Origin: Auanema rhodensis
Lineage: Eukaryota; Animalia; Nematoda
NCBI GenBank assembly: GCA_964057225.1
Contig: OZ059897.1
Span: forward strand, 18,786,001 to 18,850,000
Direction of reading: 5' to 3'
Length of the DNA stretch: 64,000 bases
The notes below the pieces were generated by a model that was not told the origin of the DNA, did no database searches, and saw nothing but the letters and a program-made list of their open reading frames with translations. Position 1 is the first letter of the stretch. Each line of letters opens with the position of its first letter. The translations under genes were made by a program, and so were the position numbers. Of this stretch, positions 1 to 12,600 are shown one piece after another.

Positions 1-134
1 ATTTTTAAGCTAGCGCAAATCTGATAACACAGATCGACGCAGCTTAAAAATCCGCATCGAATGCACTATACTACATTGAGAAACGCTTAATACAAAAATT
101 AGTTATGATCGTTTGAAAAATGATGCATTAGTGT

Positions 135-162
135 ATGTTGAGTTTCCATGTACACTCAACAT
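135..162. repeat. Inverted repeat B, 9-bp arms with 10-nt spacer, present in every copy
   Basis: ATGTTGAGT-ttccatgtac-ACTCAACAT. Confidence 0.92.
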
Positions 163-175
163 TGCTTCCAAAAAC

Positions 176-210
176 ATTTTGACAAAAATTTTTTCGAAAA
201 ATTTCAAAAT
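176..210. repeat. AT-rich imperfect palindrome C centred on TTCGAA, present in every copy
   Basis: ATTTTGA...TTTTTCGAAAAA...TCAAAAT: a 12-bp perfect core plus 7-bp outer arms. Confidence 0.85.
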
Positions 211-312
211 AATTTAGCGAAAAGTAGATGTTTTTAGATTCCATTTTTCAAGGCAAAGACGATGGACAATGTTATTCAACGAAAAAATTAATTCTTCAGG
301 GTGAAAATCGAG

Positions 313-334
313 GATATAAGTGTGAACTTATATC
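313..334. repeat. Inverted repeat D, 9-bp arms with 4-nt loop, present in every copy
   Basis: GATATAAGT-gtga-ACTTATATC. It overlaps a second dyad, ATATCA-gt-TGATAT (330-343). Confidence 0.92.
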
Positions 335-344
335 AGTTGATATC

Positions 345-411
345 TCGGTGCATTTTTAAGCTAGCGCAAATCTGATAACACAGATCGACGCAGCTTAAAA
401 ATCCGCATCGA
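345..411. repeat. Extended imperfect inverted repeat (hairpin A) across the monomer junction, present in every copy
   Basis: TCGGTGC-ATTTTTAAGCT-A-GCG-CAA-ATCTG-[ATAACA]-CAGAT-CGA-CGC-AGCTTAAAAAT-CC-GCATCGA. Arms of 11, 3 and 5 bp are perfect; the outer 7-bp arm has one G-T pair. Confidence 0.9.
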
Positions 412-3400
412 ATGCACTATACTTCATTGAGAAACGCTTAATACAAAAATTAGTTATGATCGTTTGAAAAATGATGCATTAGTGTATGTTGAGTTTCCAT
501 GTACACTCAACATTGCTTCCAAAAACATTTTGACAAAAATTTTTTCGAAAAATTTCAAAATAATTTTGCAAAAAGTAGATGTTTTAAGATTCCATTTTTC
601 AAGGCAAAGACGATGGACAATGTTATTCAACGAAAAAATTAATTCTTCAGGGTGAAAATCGAGGATATAAGTGTGAACTTATATCAGTTGATATCTCGGT
701 GCATTTGAAAGCTAGCGCAAATCTGATAACACAGATCGACGCAGCTTAAAAATCCGCATCGAATGCACTATACTACATTGAGAAACGCTTAATACAAAAA
801 TTAGTTATGATCGTTTGAAAAATGATGCATTAGTGTATGTTGAGTTTCCATGTACACTCAACATTGCTTCCAAAAACATTTTGACAAAAATTTTTTCGAA
901 AAATTTCAAAATAATTTAGCGAAAAGTAGATGTTTTTAGATTCCATTTTTCAAGGCAAAGACGATGGACAATGTTATTCAACGAAAAAATTAATTCTTCA
1001 GGGTGAAAATCGAGGATATAAGTGTGAACTTATATCAGTTGATATCTCGGTGCATTTTTAAGCTAGCGCAAATCTGATAACACAGATCGACGCAGCTTAA
1101 AAATCCGCATCGAATGCACTATACTACATTGAGAAACGCTTAATACAAAAATCAGTTATGATCGTTTGAAAAATGATGCATTAGTGTATGTTGAGTTTCC
1201 ATGTACACTCAACATTGCTTCCAAAAACATTTTGACAAAAATTTTTTCGAAAAATTTCAAAATAATTTTGCAAAAAGTAGATGTTTTAAGATTCCATTTT
1301 TCAAGGCAAAGACGATGGACAATGTTATTCAACGAAAAAATTAATTCTTCAGGGTGAAAATCGAGGATATCAGTGTGAACTTATATCAGTTGATATCTCG
1401 GTGCATTTTTAAGCTAGCGCAAATCTGATAACACAGATCGACGCAGCTTAAAAATCCGCATCGAATGCACTATACTTCATTGAAAAACGCTTAATACAAA
1501 AATTAGTTATGATCGTTTGAAAAATGATGCATTAGTGTATGTTGAGTTTCCATGTACACTCAACATTGCTTCCAAAAACATTTTGACAAAAATTTTTTCG
1601 AAAAATTTCAAAATAATTTAGCAAAAAGTAGATGTTTTTAGATTCCATTTTTCAAGGCAAAGACGATGGACAATGTTATTCAACGAAAAAATTAATTCTT
1701 CAGGGTGAAAATCGAGGATATAAGTGTGAACTTATATCAGTTGATATCTCGGTGCATTTTTAAGCTAGCGCAAATCTGATAACACAGATCGACGCAGCTT
1801 AAAAATCCGCATCGAATGCACTATACTACATTGAGAAACGCTTAATACAAAAATTAGTTATGATCGTTTGAAAAATGATGCATTAGTGTATGTTGAGTTT
1901 CCATGTACACTCAACATTGCTTCCAAAAACATTTTGACAAAAATTTTTTCGAAAAATTTCAAAATAATTTAGCGAAAAGTAGATGTTTTTAGATTCCATT
2001 TTTCAAGGCAAAGACGATGGACAATGTTATTCAACGAAAAAATTAATTCTTCAGGGTGAAAATCGAGGATATAAGTGTGAACTTATATCAGTTGATATCT
2101 CGGTGCATTTTTAAGCTAGCGCAAATCTGATAACACAGATCGACGCAGCTTAAAAATCCGCATCGAATGCACTATACTACATTGAGAAACGCTTAATACA
2201 AAAATCAGTTATGATCGTTTGAAAAATGATGCATTAGTGTATGTTGAGTTTCCATGTACACTCAACATTGCTTCCAAAAACATTTTGACAAAAATTTTTT
2301 CGAAAAATTTCAAAATAATTTTGCAAAAAGTAGATGTTTTAAGATTCCATTTTTCAAGGCAAAGACGATGGACAATGTTATTCAACGAAAAAATTAATTC
2401 TTCAGGGTGAAAATCGAGGATATAAGTGTGAACTTATATCAGTTGATATCTCGGTGCATTTTTAAGCTAGCGCAAATCTGATAACACAGATCGACGCAGC
2501 TTAAAAATCCGCATCGAATGCACTATACTTCATTGAGAAACGCTTAATACAAAAATTAGTTATGATCGTTTGAAAAATGATGCATTAGTGTATGTTGAGT
2601 TTCCATGTACACTCAACATTGCTTCCAAAAACATTTTGACAAAAATTTTTTCGAAAAATTTCAAAATAATTTAGCAAAAAGTAGATGTTTTTAGATTCCA
2701 TTTTTCAAGGCAAAGACGATGGACAATGTTATTCAACGAAAAAATTAATTCTTCAGGGTGAAAATCGAGGATATAAGTGTGAACTTATATCAGTTGATAT
2801 CTCGGTGCATTTTTAAGCTAGCGCAAATCTGATAACACAGATCGACGCAGCTTAAAAATCCGCATCGAATGCACTATACTACATTGAGAAACGCTTAATA
2901 CAAAAATTAGTTATGATCGTTTGAAAAATGATGCATTAGTGTATGTTGAGTTTCCATGTACACTCAACATTGCTTCCAAAAACATTTTGACAAAAATTTT
3001 TTCGAAAAATTTCAAAATAATTTAGCGAAAAGTAGATGTTTTAAGATTCCATTTTTCAAGGCAAAGACGATGGACAATGTTATTCAACGAAAAAATTAAT
3101 TCTTCAGGGTGAAAATCGAGGATATAAGTGTGAACTTATATCAGTTGATATCTCGGTGCATTTGAAAGCTAGCGCAAATCTGATAACACAGATCGACGCA
3201 GCTTAAAAATCCGCATCGAATGCACTTTACTACATTGAGAAACGCTTAATACAAAAATTAGTTATGATCGTTTGAAAAATGATGCATTAGTGTATGTTGA
3301 GTTTCCATGTACACTCAACATTGCTTCCAAAAACATTTTGACAAAAATTTTTTCGAAAAATTTCAAAATAATTTAGCGAAAAGTAGATGTTTTAAGATTC

Positions 3401-6400
3401 CATTTTTCAAGGCAAAGACGATGGACAATGTTATTCAACGAAAAAATTAATTCTTCAGGGTGAAAATCGAGGATATAAGTGTGAACTTATATCAGTTGAT
3501 ATCTCGGTGCATTTGAAAGCTAGCGCAAATCTGATAACACAGATCGACGCAGCTTAAAAATCCGCATCGAATGCACTATACTACATTGAGAAACGCTTAA
3601 TACAAAAATTAGTTATGATCGTTTGAAAAATGATGCATTAGTGTATGTTGAGTTTCCATGTACACTCAACATTGCTTCCAAAAACATTTTGACAAAAATT
3701 TTTTCGAAAAATTTCAAAATAATTTAGCGAAAAGTAGATGTTTTTAGATTCCATTTTTCAAGGCAAAGACGATGGACAATGTTATTCAACGAAAAAATTA
3801 TTTCTTCAGGGTGAAAATCGAGGATATAAGTGTGAACTTATATCAGTTGATATCTCGGTGCATTTTTAAGCTAGCGCAAATCTGATAACACAGATCGACG
3901 CAGCTTAAAAATCCGCATCGAATGCACTATACTTCATTGAGAAACGCTTAATACAAAAATTAGTTATGATCGTTTGAAAAATGATGCATTAGTGTATGTT
4001 GAGTTTCCATGTACACTCAACATTGCTTCCAAAAACATTTTGACAAAAATTTTTTCGAAAAATTTCAAAATAATTTAGCAAAAAGTAGATATTTTTAGAT
4101 TCCATTTTTCAAGGCAAAGACGATGGACAATGTTATTCAACGAAAAAATTAATTCTTCAGGGTGAAAATCGAGGATATAAGTGTGAACTTATATCAGTTG
4201 ATATCTCGGTGCATTTTTAAGCTAGCGCAAATCTGATAACACAGATCGACGCAGCTTAAAAATCCGCATCGAATGCACTATACTACATTGAGAAACGCTT
4301 AATACAAAAATTAGTTATGATCGTTTGAAAAATGATGCATTAGTGTATGTTGAGTTTCCATGTACACTCAACATTGCTTCCAAAAACATTTTGACAAAAA
4401 TTTTTTCGAAAAATTTCAAAATAATTTAGCGAAAAGTAGATGTTTTAAGATTCCATTTTTCAAGGCAAAGACGATGGACAATGTTATTCAACGAAAAAAT
4501 TAATTCTTCAGGGTGAAAATCGAGGATATAAGTGTGAACTTATATCAGTTGATATCTCGGTGCATTTGAAAGCTAGCGCAAATCTGATAACACAGATCGA
4601 CGCAGCTTAAAAATCCGCATCGAATGCACTATACTACATTGAGAAACGCTTAATACAAAAATTAGTTATGATCGTTTGAAAAATGATGCATTAGTGTATG
4701 TTGAGTTTCCATGTACACTCAACATTGCTTCCAAAAACATTTTGACAAAAATTTTTTCGAAAAATTTCAAAATAATTTAGCGAAAAGTAGATGTTTTTAG
4801 ATTCCATTTTTCAAGGCAAAGACGATGGACAATGTTATTCAACGAAAAAATTATTTCTTCAGGGTGAAAATCGAGGATATAAGTGTGAACTTATATCAGT
4901 TGATATCTCGGTGCATTTTTAAGCTAGCGCAAATCTGATAACACAGATCGACGCAGCTTAAAAATCCGCATCGAATGCACTATACTTCATTGAGAAACGC
5001 TTAATACAAAAATTAGTTATGATCGTTTGAAAAATGATGCATTAGTGTATGTTGAGTTTCCATGTACACTCAACATTGCTTCCAAAAACATTTTGACAAA
5101 AATTTTTTCGAAAAATTTCAAAATAATTTAGCAAAAAGTAGATGTTTTTAGATTCCATTTTTCAAGGCAAAGACGATGGACAATGTTATTCAACGAAAAA
5201 ATTATTTCTTCAGGGTGAAAATCGAGGATATAAGTGTGAACTTATATCAGTTGATATCTCGGTGCATTTTTAAGCTAGCGCAAATCTGATAACACAGATC
5301 GACGCAGCTTAAAAATCCGCATCGAATGCACTATACTTCATTGAGAAACGCTTAATACAAAAATTAGTTATGATCGTTTGAAAAATGATGCATTAGTGTA
5401 TGTTGAGTTTCCATGTACACTCAACATTGCTTCCAAAAACATTTTGACAAAAATTTTTTCGAAAAATTTCAAAATAATTTAGCAAAAAGTAGATGTTTTT
5501 AGATTCCATTTTTCAAGGCAAAGACGATGGACAATGTTATTCAACGAAAAAATTAATTCTTCAGGGTGAAAATCGAGGATATAAGTATGAACTTATATCA
5601 GTTGATATCTCGGTGCATTTTTAAGCTAGCGCAAATCTGATAACACAGATCGACGCAGCTTAAAAATCCGCATCGAATGCACTATACTACATTGAGAAAC
5701 GCTTAATACAAAAATTAGTTATGATCGTTTGAAAAATGATGCATTAGTGTATGTTGAGTTTCCATGTACACTCAACATTGCTTCCAAAAACATTTTGACA
5801 AAAATTTTTTCGAAAAATTTCAAAATAATTTAGCGAAAAGTAGATGTTTTAAGATTCCATTTTTCAAGGCAAAGACGATGGACAATGTTATTCAACGAAA
5901 AAATTATTTCTTCAGGGTGAAAATCGAGGATATAAGTGTGAACTTATATCAGTTGATATCTCGGTGCATTTTTAAGCTAGCGCAAATCTGATAACACAGA
6001 TCGACGCAGCTTAAAAATCCGCATCGAATGCACTATACTACATTGAGAAACGCTTAATACAAAAATTAGTTATGATCGTTTGAAAAATGATGCATTAGTG
6101 TATGTTGAGTTTCCATGTACACTCAACATTGCTTCCAAAAACATTTTGACAAAAATTTTTTCGAAAAATTTCAAAATAATTTAGCGAAAAGTAGATGTTT
6201 TAAGATTCCATTTTTCAAGGCAAAGACGATGGACAATGTTATTCAACGAAAAAATTATTTCTTCAGGGTGAAAATCGAGGATATAAGTGTGAACTTATAT
6301 CAGTTGATATCTCGGTGCATTTTTAAGCTAGCGCAAATCTGATAACACAGATCGACGCAGCTTAAAAATCCGCATCGAATGCACTATACTTCATTGAGAA

Positions 6401-6669
6401 ACGCTTAATACAAAAATTAGTTATGATCGTTTGAAAAATGATGCATTAGTGTATGTTGAGTTTCCATGTACACTCAACATTGCTTCCAAAAACATTTTGA
6501 CAAAAATTTTTTCGAAAAATTTCAAAATAATTTAGCAAAAAGTAGATGTTTTTAGATTCCATTTTTCAAGGCAAAGACGATGGACAATGTTATTCAACGA
6601 AAAAATTAATTCTTCAGGGTGAAAATCGAGGATATAAGTGTGAACTTATATCAGTTGATATCTCGGTGC

Positions 6670-9600
6670 ATTTTTAAGCTAGCGCAAATCTGATAACACA
6701 GATCGACGCAGCTTAAAAATCCGCATCGAATGCACTATACTACATTGAGAAACGCTTAATACAAAAATTAGTTATGATCGTTTGAAAAATGATGCATTAG
6801 TGTATGTTGAGTTTCCATGTACACTCAACATTGCTTCCAAAAACATTTTGACAAAAATTTTTTCGAAAAATTTCAAAATAATTTAGCGAAAAGTAGATGT
6901 TTTAAGATTCCATTTTTCAAGGCAAAGACGATGGACAATGTTATTCAACGAAAAAATTAATTCTTCAGGGTGAAAATCGAGGATATAAGTGTGAACTTAT
7001 ATCAGTTGATATCTCGGTGCATTTGAAAGCTAGCGCAAATCTGATAACACAGATCGACGCAGCTTAAAAATCCGCATCGAATGCACTATACTACATTGAG
7101 AAACGCTTAATACAAAAATTAGTTATGATCGTTTGAAAAATGATGCATTAGTGTATGTTGAGTTTCCATGTACACTCAACATTGCTTCCAAAAACATTTT
7201 GACAAAAATTTTTTCGAAAAATTTCAAAATAATTTAGCGAAAAGTAGATGTTTTTAGATTCCATTTTTCAAGGCAAAGACGATGGACAATGTTATTCAAC
7301 GAAAAAATTATTTCTTCAGGGTGAAAATCGAGGATATAAGTGTGAACTTATATCAGTTGATATCTCGGTGCATTTTTAAGCTAGCGCAAATCTGATAACA
7401 CAGATCGACGCAGCTTAAAAATCCGCATCGAATGCACTATACTACATTGAGAAACGCTTAATACAAAAATTAGTTATGATCGTTTGAAAAATGATGCATT
7501 AGTGTATGTTGAGTTTCCATGTACACTCAACATTGCTTCCAAAAACATTTTGACAAAAATTTTTTCGAAAAATTTCAAAATAATTTAGCGAAAAGTAGAT
7601 GTTTTTAGATTCCATTTTTCAAGGCAAAGACGATGGACAATGTTATTCAACGAAAAAATTAATTCTTCAGGGTGAAAATCGAGGATATAAGTGTGAACTT
7701 ATATCAGTTGATATCTCGGTGCATTTTTAAGCTAGCGCAAATCTGATAACACAGATCGACGCAGCTTAAAAATCCGCATCGAATGCACTATACTACATTG
7801 AGAAACGCTTAATACAAAAATCAGTTATGATCGTTTGAAAAATGATGCATTAGTGTATGTTGAGTTTCCATGTACACTCAACATTGCTTCCAAAAACATT
7901 TTGACAAAAATTTTTTCGAAAAATTTCAAGATAATTTAGCAAAAAGTAGATGTTTTAAGATTCCATTTTTCAAGGCAAAGACGATGGACAATGTTATTCA
8001 ACGAAAAAATTAATTCTTCAGGGTGAAAATCGAGGATATAAGTGTGAACTTATATCAGTTGATATCTCGGTGCATTTGAAAGCTAGCGCAAATCTGATAA
8101 CACAGATCGACGCAGCTTAAAAATCCGCATCGAATGCACTATACTACATTGAGAAACGCTTAATACAAAAATTAGTTATGATCGTTTGAAAAATGATGCA
8201 TTAGTGTATGTTGAGTTTCCATGTACACTCAACATTGCTTCCAAAAACATTTTGACAAAAATTTTTTCGAAAAATTTCAAAATAATTTAGCGAAAAGTAG
8301 ATGTTTTTAGATTCCATTTTTCAAGGCAAAGACGATGGACAATGTTATTCAACGAAAAAATTATTTCTTCAGGGTGAAAATCGAGGATATAAGTGTGAAC
8401 TTATATCAGTTGATATCTCGGTGCATTTTTAAGCTAGCGCAAATCTAATAACACAGATCGACGCAGCTTAAAAATCCGCATCGAATGCACTATACTTCAT
8501 TGAGAAACGCTTAATACAAAAATTAGTTATGATCGTTTGAAAAATGATGCATTAGTGTATGTTGAGTTTCCATGTACACTCAACATTGCTTCCAAAAACA
8601 TTTTGACAAAAATTTTTTCGAAAAATTTCAAAATAATTTAGCGAAAAGTAGATGTTTTTAGATTCCATTTTTCAAGGCAAAGACGATGGACAATGTTATT
8701 CAACGAAAAAATTATTTCTTCAGGGTGAAAATCGAGGATATAAGTGTGAACTTATATCAGTTGATATCTCGGTGCATTTTTAAGCTAGCGCAAATCTGAT
8801 AACACAGATCGACGCAGCTTAAAAATCCGCATCGAATGCACTATACTACATTGAGAAACGCTTAATACAAAAATTAGTTATGATCGTTTGAAAAATGATG
8901 CATTAGTGTATGTTGAGTTTCCATGTACACTCAACATTGCTTCCAAAAACATTTTGACAAAAATTTTTTCGAAAAATTTCAAAATAATTTAGCGAAAAGT
9001 AGATGTTTTTAGATTCCATTTTTCAAGGCAAAGACGATGGACAATGTTATTCAACGAAAAAATTATTTCTTCAGGGTGAAAATCGAGGATATAAGTGTGA
9101 ACTTATATCAGTTGATATCTCGGTGCATTTTTAAGCTAGCGCAAATCTGATAACACAGATCGACGCAGCTTAAAAATCCGCATCGAATGCACTATACTAC
9201 ATTGAGAAACGCTTAATACAAAAATTAGTTATGATCGTTTGAAAAATGATGCATTAGTGTATGTTGAGTTTCCATGTACACTCAACATTGCTTCCAAAAA
9301 CATTTTGACAAAAATTTTTTCGAAAAATTTCAAAATAATTTAGCAAAAAGTAGATGTTTTTAGATTCCATTTTTCAAGGCAAAGACGATGGACAATGTTA
9401 TTCAACGAAGAAATTAATTCTTCAGGGTGAAAATCGAGGATATAAGTGTGAACTTATATCAGTTGATATCTCGGTGCATTTTTAAGCTAGCGCAAATCTG
9501 ATAACACAGATCGACGCAGCTTAAAAATCCGCATCGAATGCACTATACTACATTGAGAAACGCGTGATACAAAAATTAGTTATGATCGTTTGAAAAATGA

Positions 9601-12600
9601 TGCATTAGTGTATGTTGAGTTTCCATGTACACTCAACATTGCTTCCAAAAACATTTTGACAAAAATTTTTTCGAAAAATTTCAAAATAATTTAGCAAAAA
9701 GTAGATGTTTTTAGATTCCATTTTTCAAGGCAAAGACGATGGACAATGTTATTCAACGAAAAAATTATTTCTTCAGGGTGAAAATCGAGAATATAAGTGT
9801 GAACTTATATCAGTTGATATCTCGGTGAATTTGTAAGCTAGCGCAAATCTGATAACACAGATCGACGCAGCTTAAAAATCCGCATCGAATGCACTATACT
9901 ACATTGAGAAACGCTTAATACAAAAATTAGTTATGATCGTTTGAAAAATGATGCATTAGTGTATGTTGAGTTTCCATGTACACTCAACATTGCTTCCAAA
10001 AACATTTTGACAAAAATTTTTTCGAAAAATTTCAAAATAATTTAGCGAAAAGTAGATGTTTTAAGATTCCATTTTTCAAGGCAAAGACGATGGACAATGT
10101 TATTCAACGAAAAAATTAATTCTTCAGGGTGAAAATCGAGGATATAAGTGTGAACTTATATCAGTTGATATCTCGGTGCATTTGAAAGCTAGCGCAAATC
10201 TGATAACACAGATCGACGCAGCTTAAAAATCCGCATCGAATGCACTATACTACATTGAGAAACGCTTAATACAAAAATTAGTTATGATCGTTCGAAAAAT
10301 GATGCATTAGTGTATGTTGAGTTTCCATGTACACTCAACATTGCTTCCAAAAACATTTTGACAAAAATTTTTTCGAAAAATTTCAAAATAATTTAGCGAA
10401 AAGTAGATGTTTTTAGATTCCATTTTTCAAGGCAAAGACGATGGACAATGTTATTCAACGAAAAAATTATTTCTTCAGGGTGAAAATCGAGGATATAAGT
10501 GTGAACTTATATCAGTTGATATCTCGGTGCATTTTTAAGCTAGCGCAAATCTGATAACACAGATCGACGCAGCTTAAAAATCCGCATCGAATGCACTATA
10601 CTACATTGAGAAACGCTTAATACAAAAATTAGTTATGATCGTTTGAAAAATGATGCATTAGTGTATGTTGAGTTTCCATGTACACTCAACATTGCTTCCA
10701 AAAACATTTTGACAAAAATTTTTTCGAAAAATTTCAAAATAATTTAGCGAAAAGTAGATGTTTTTAGATTCCATTTTTCAAGGCAAAGACGATGGACAAT
10801 GTTATTCAACGAAAAAATTAATTCTTCAGGGTGAAAATCGAGGATATAAGTGTGAACTTATATCAGTTGATATCTCGGTGCATTTTTAAGCTAGCGCAAA
10901 TCTGATAACACAGATCGACGCAGCTTAAAAATCCGCATCGAATGCACTATACTACATTGAGAAACGCTTAATACAAAAATCAGTTATGATCGTTTGAAAA
11001 ATGATGCATTAGTGTATGTTGAGTTTCCATGTACACTCAACATTGCTTCCAAAAACATTTTGACAAAAATTTTTTCGAAAAATTTCAAGATAATTTAGCA
11101 AAAAGTAGATGTTTTAAGATTCCATTTTTCAAGGCAAAGACGATGGACAATGTTATTCAACGAAAAAATTAATTCTTCAGGGTGAAAATCGAGGATATAA
11201 GTGTGAACTTATATCAGTTGATATCTCGGTGCATTTGAAAGCTAGCGCAAATCTGATAACACAGATCGACGCAGCTTAAAAATCCGCATCGAATGCACTA
11301 TACTACATTGAGAAACGCTTAATACAAAAATTAGTTATGATCGTTTGAAAAATGATGCATTAGTGTATGTTGAGTTTCCATGTACACTCAACATTGCTTC
11401 CAAAAACATTTTGACAAAAATTTTTTCGAAAAATTTCAAAATAATTTAGCGAAAAGTAGATGTTTTTAGATTCCATTTTTCAAGGCAAAGACGATGGACA
11501 ATGTTATTCAACGAAAAAATTATTTCTTCAGGGTGAAAATCGAGGATATAAGTGTGAACTTATATCAGTTGATATCTCGGTGCATTTTTAAGCTAGCGCA
11601 AATCTAATAACACAGATCGACGCAGCTTAAAAATCCGCATCGAATGCACTATACTTCATTGAGAAACGCTTAATACAAAAATTAGTTATGATCGTTTGAA
11701 AAATGATGCATTAGTGTATGTTGAGTTTCCATGTACACTCAACATTGCTTCCAAAAACATTTTGACAAAAATTTTTTCGAAAAATTTCAAAATAATTTAG
11801 CGAAAAGTAGATGTTTTTAGATTCCATTTTTCAAGGCAAAGACGATGGACAATGTTATTCAACGAAAAAATTATTTCTTCAGGGTGAAAATCGAGGATAT
11901 AAGTGTGAACTTATATCAGTTGATATCTCGGTGCATTTTTAAGCTAGCGCAAATCTGATAACACAGATCGACGCAGCTTAAAAATCCGCATCGAATGCAC
12001 TATACTACATTGAGAAACGCTTAATACAAAAATTAGTTATGATCGTTTGAAAAATGATGCATTAGTGTATGTTGAGTTTCCATGTACACTCAACATTGCT
12101 TCCAAAAACATTTTGACAAAAATTTTTTCGAAAAATTTCAAAATAATTTAGCGAAAAGTAGATGTTTTTAGATTCCATTTTTCAAGGCAAAGACGATGGA
12201 CAATGTTATTCAACGAAAAAATTATTTCTTCAGGGTGAAAATCGAGGATATAAGTGTGAACTTATATCAGTTGATATCTCGGTGCATTTTTAAGCTAGCG
12301 CAAATCTGATAACACAGATCGACGCAGCTTAAAAATCCGCATCGAATGCACTATACTACATTGAGAAACGCTTAATACAAAAATTAGTTATGATCGTTTG
12401 AAAAATGATGCATTAGTGTATGTTGAGTTTCCATGTACACTCAACATTGCTTCCAAAAACATTTTGACAAAAATTTTTTCGAAAAATTTCAAAATAATTT
12501 AGCAAAAAGTAGATGTTTTTAGATTCCATTTTTCAAGGCAAAGACGATGGACAATGTTATTCAACGAAGAAATTAATTCTTCAGGGTGAAAATCGAGGAT

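Larger units (their letters stand above)
1..351 (+). repeat. Representative 351-bp monomer (M1), AT-rich with many A4-6/T4-6 tracts
   Basis: Bases 1-351 are followed directly by the next copy at 352. Hand count: 53 C and 58 G (31.6% GC), 13 CpG. Confidence 0.98.

Noticed and set aside
268-284. CENP-B-box-like motif on the minus strand (TTTCGTTGAATAACATT)
   Set aside because: It matches TTCG and the central A of NTTCGNNNNANNCGGGN but lacks the essential CGGG, which is chance-level similarity.
240-310. Hammerhead ribozyme, retrozyme or viroid-like unit (minus-strand CTGAAGA at 293-299 with a downstream GAAA; plus-strand CTGATAA at 21-27; monomer is viroid-sized)
   Set aside because: By eye, no stem II forms between CUGAAGA and GAAA and no stem I or III partners exist. 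CTGATAA breaks the CUGANGA core, and the monomer shows no global rod-like complementarity. An Infernal/Rfam search on a dimer would be the definitive test.
1-351. Monomer as a diverged dimer of ~175-bp subunits
   Set aside because: I could not align the two halves by eye. The only echo is weak (CATTTTTAAGC at 351-361 vs CATTTTTCAAGGC at 242-254) and is not at a half-monomer offset. A sensitive self-alignment would be needed.
1-351. Assignment to a known ~350-360 bp satellite family (e.g. Drosophila 1.688 or tenebrionid beetle satellites)
   Set aside because: Only length and AT-richness are similar. I recognise no sequence match and cannot run a database search.
176-411. Conserved structured ncRNA supported by covariation
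   Set aside because: Stem variants (p5-6, T180C, A209G, G196A, G313A) are not compensated on the opposite arm, so there is no covariation evidence.
464-2410. Three identical 63-aa ORFs (464-655, 1166-1357, 2219-2410)
   Set aside because: They are open only in monomers where A216T and T235A remove TAG stops (3 of 182). They have a TTG start, K/F/N/I-rich composition from A/T tracts, and no recognisable domain.
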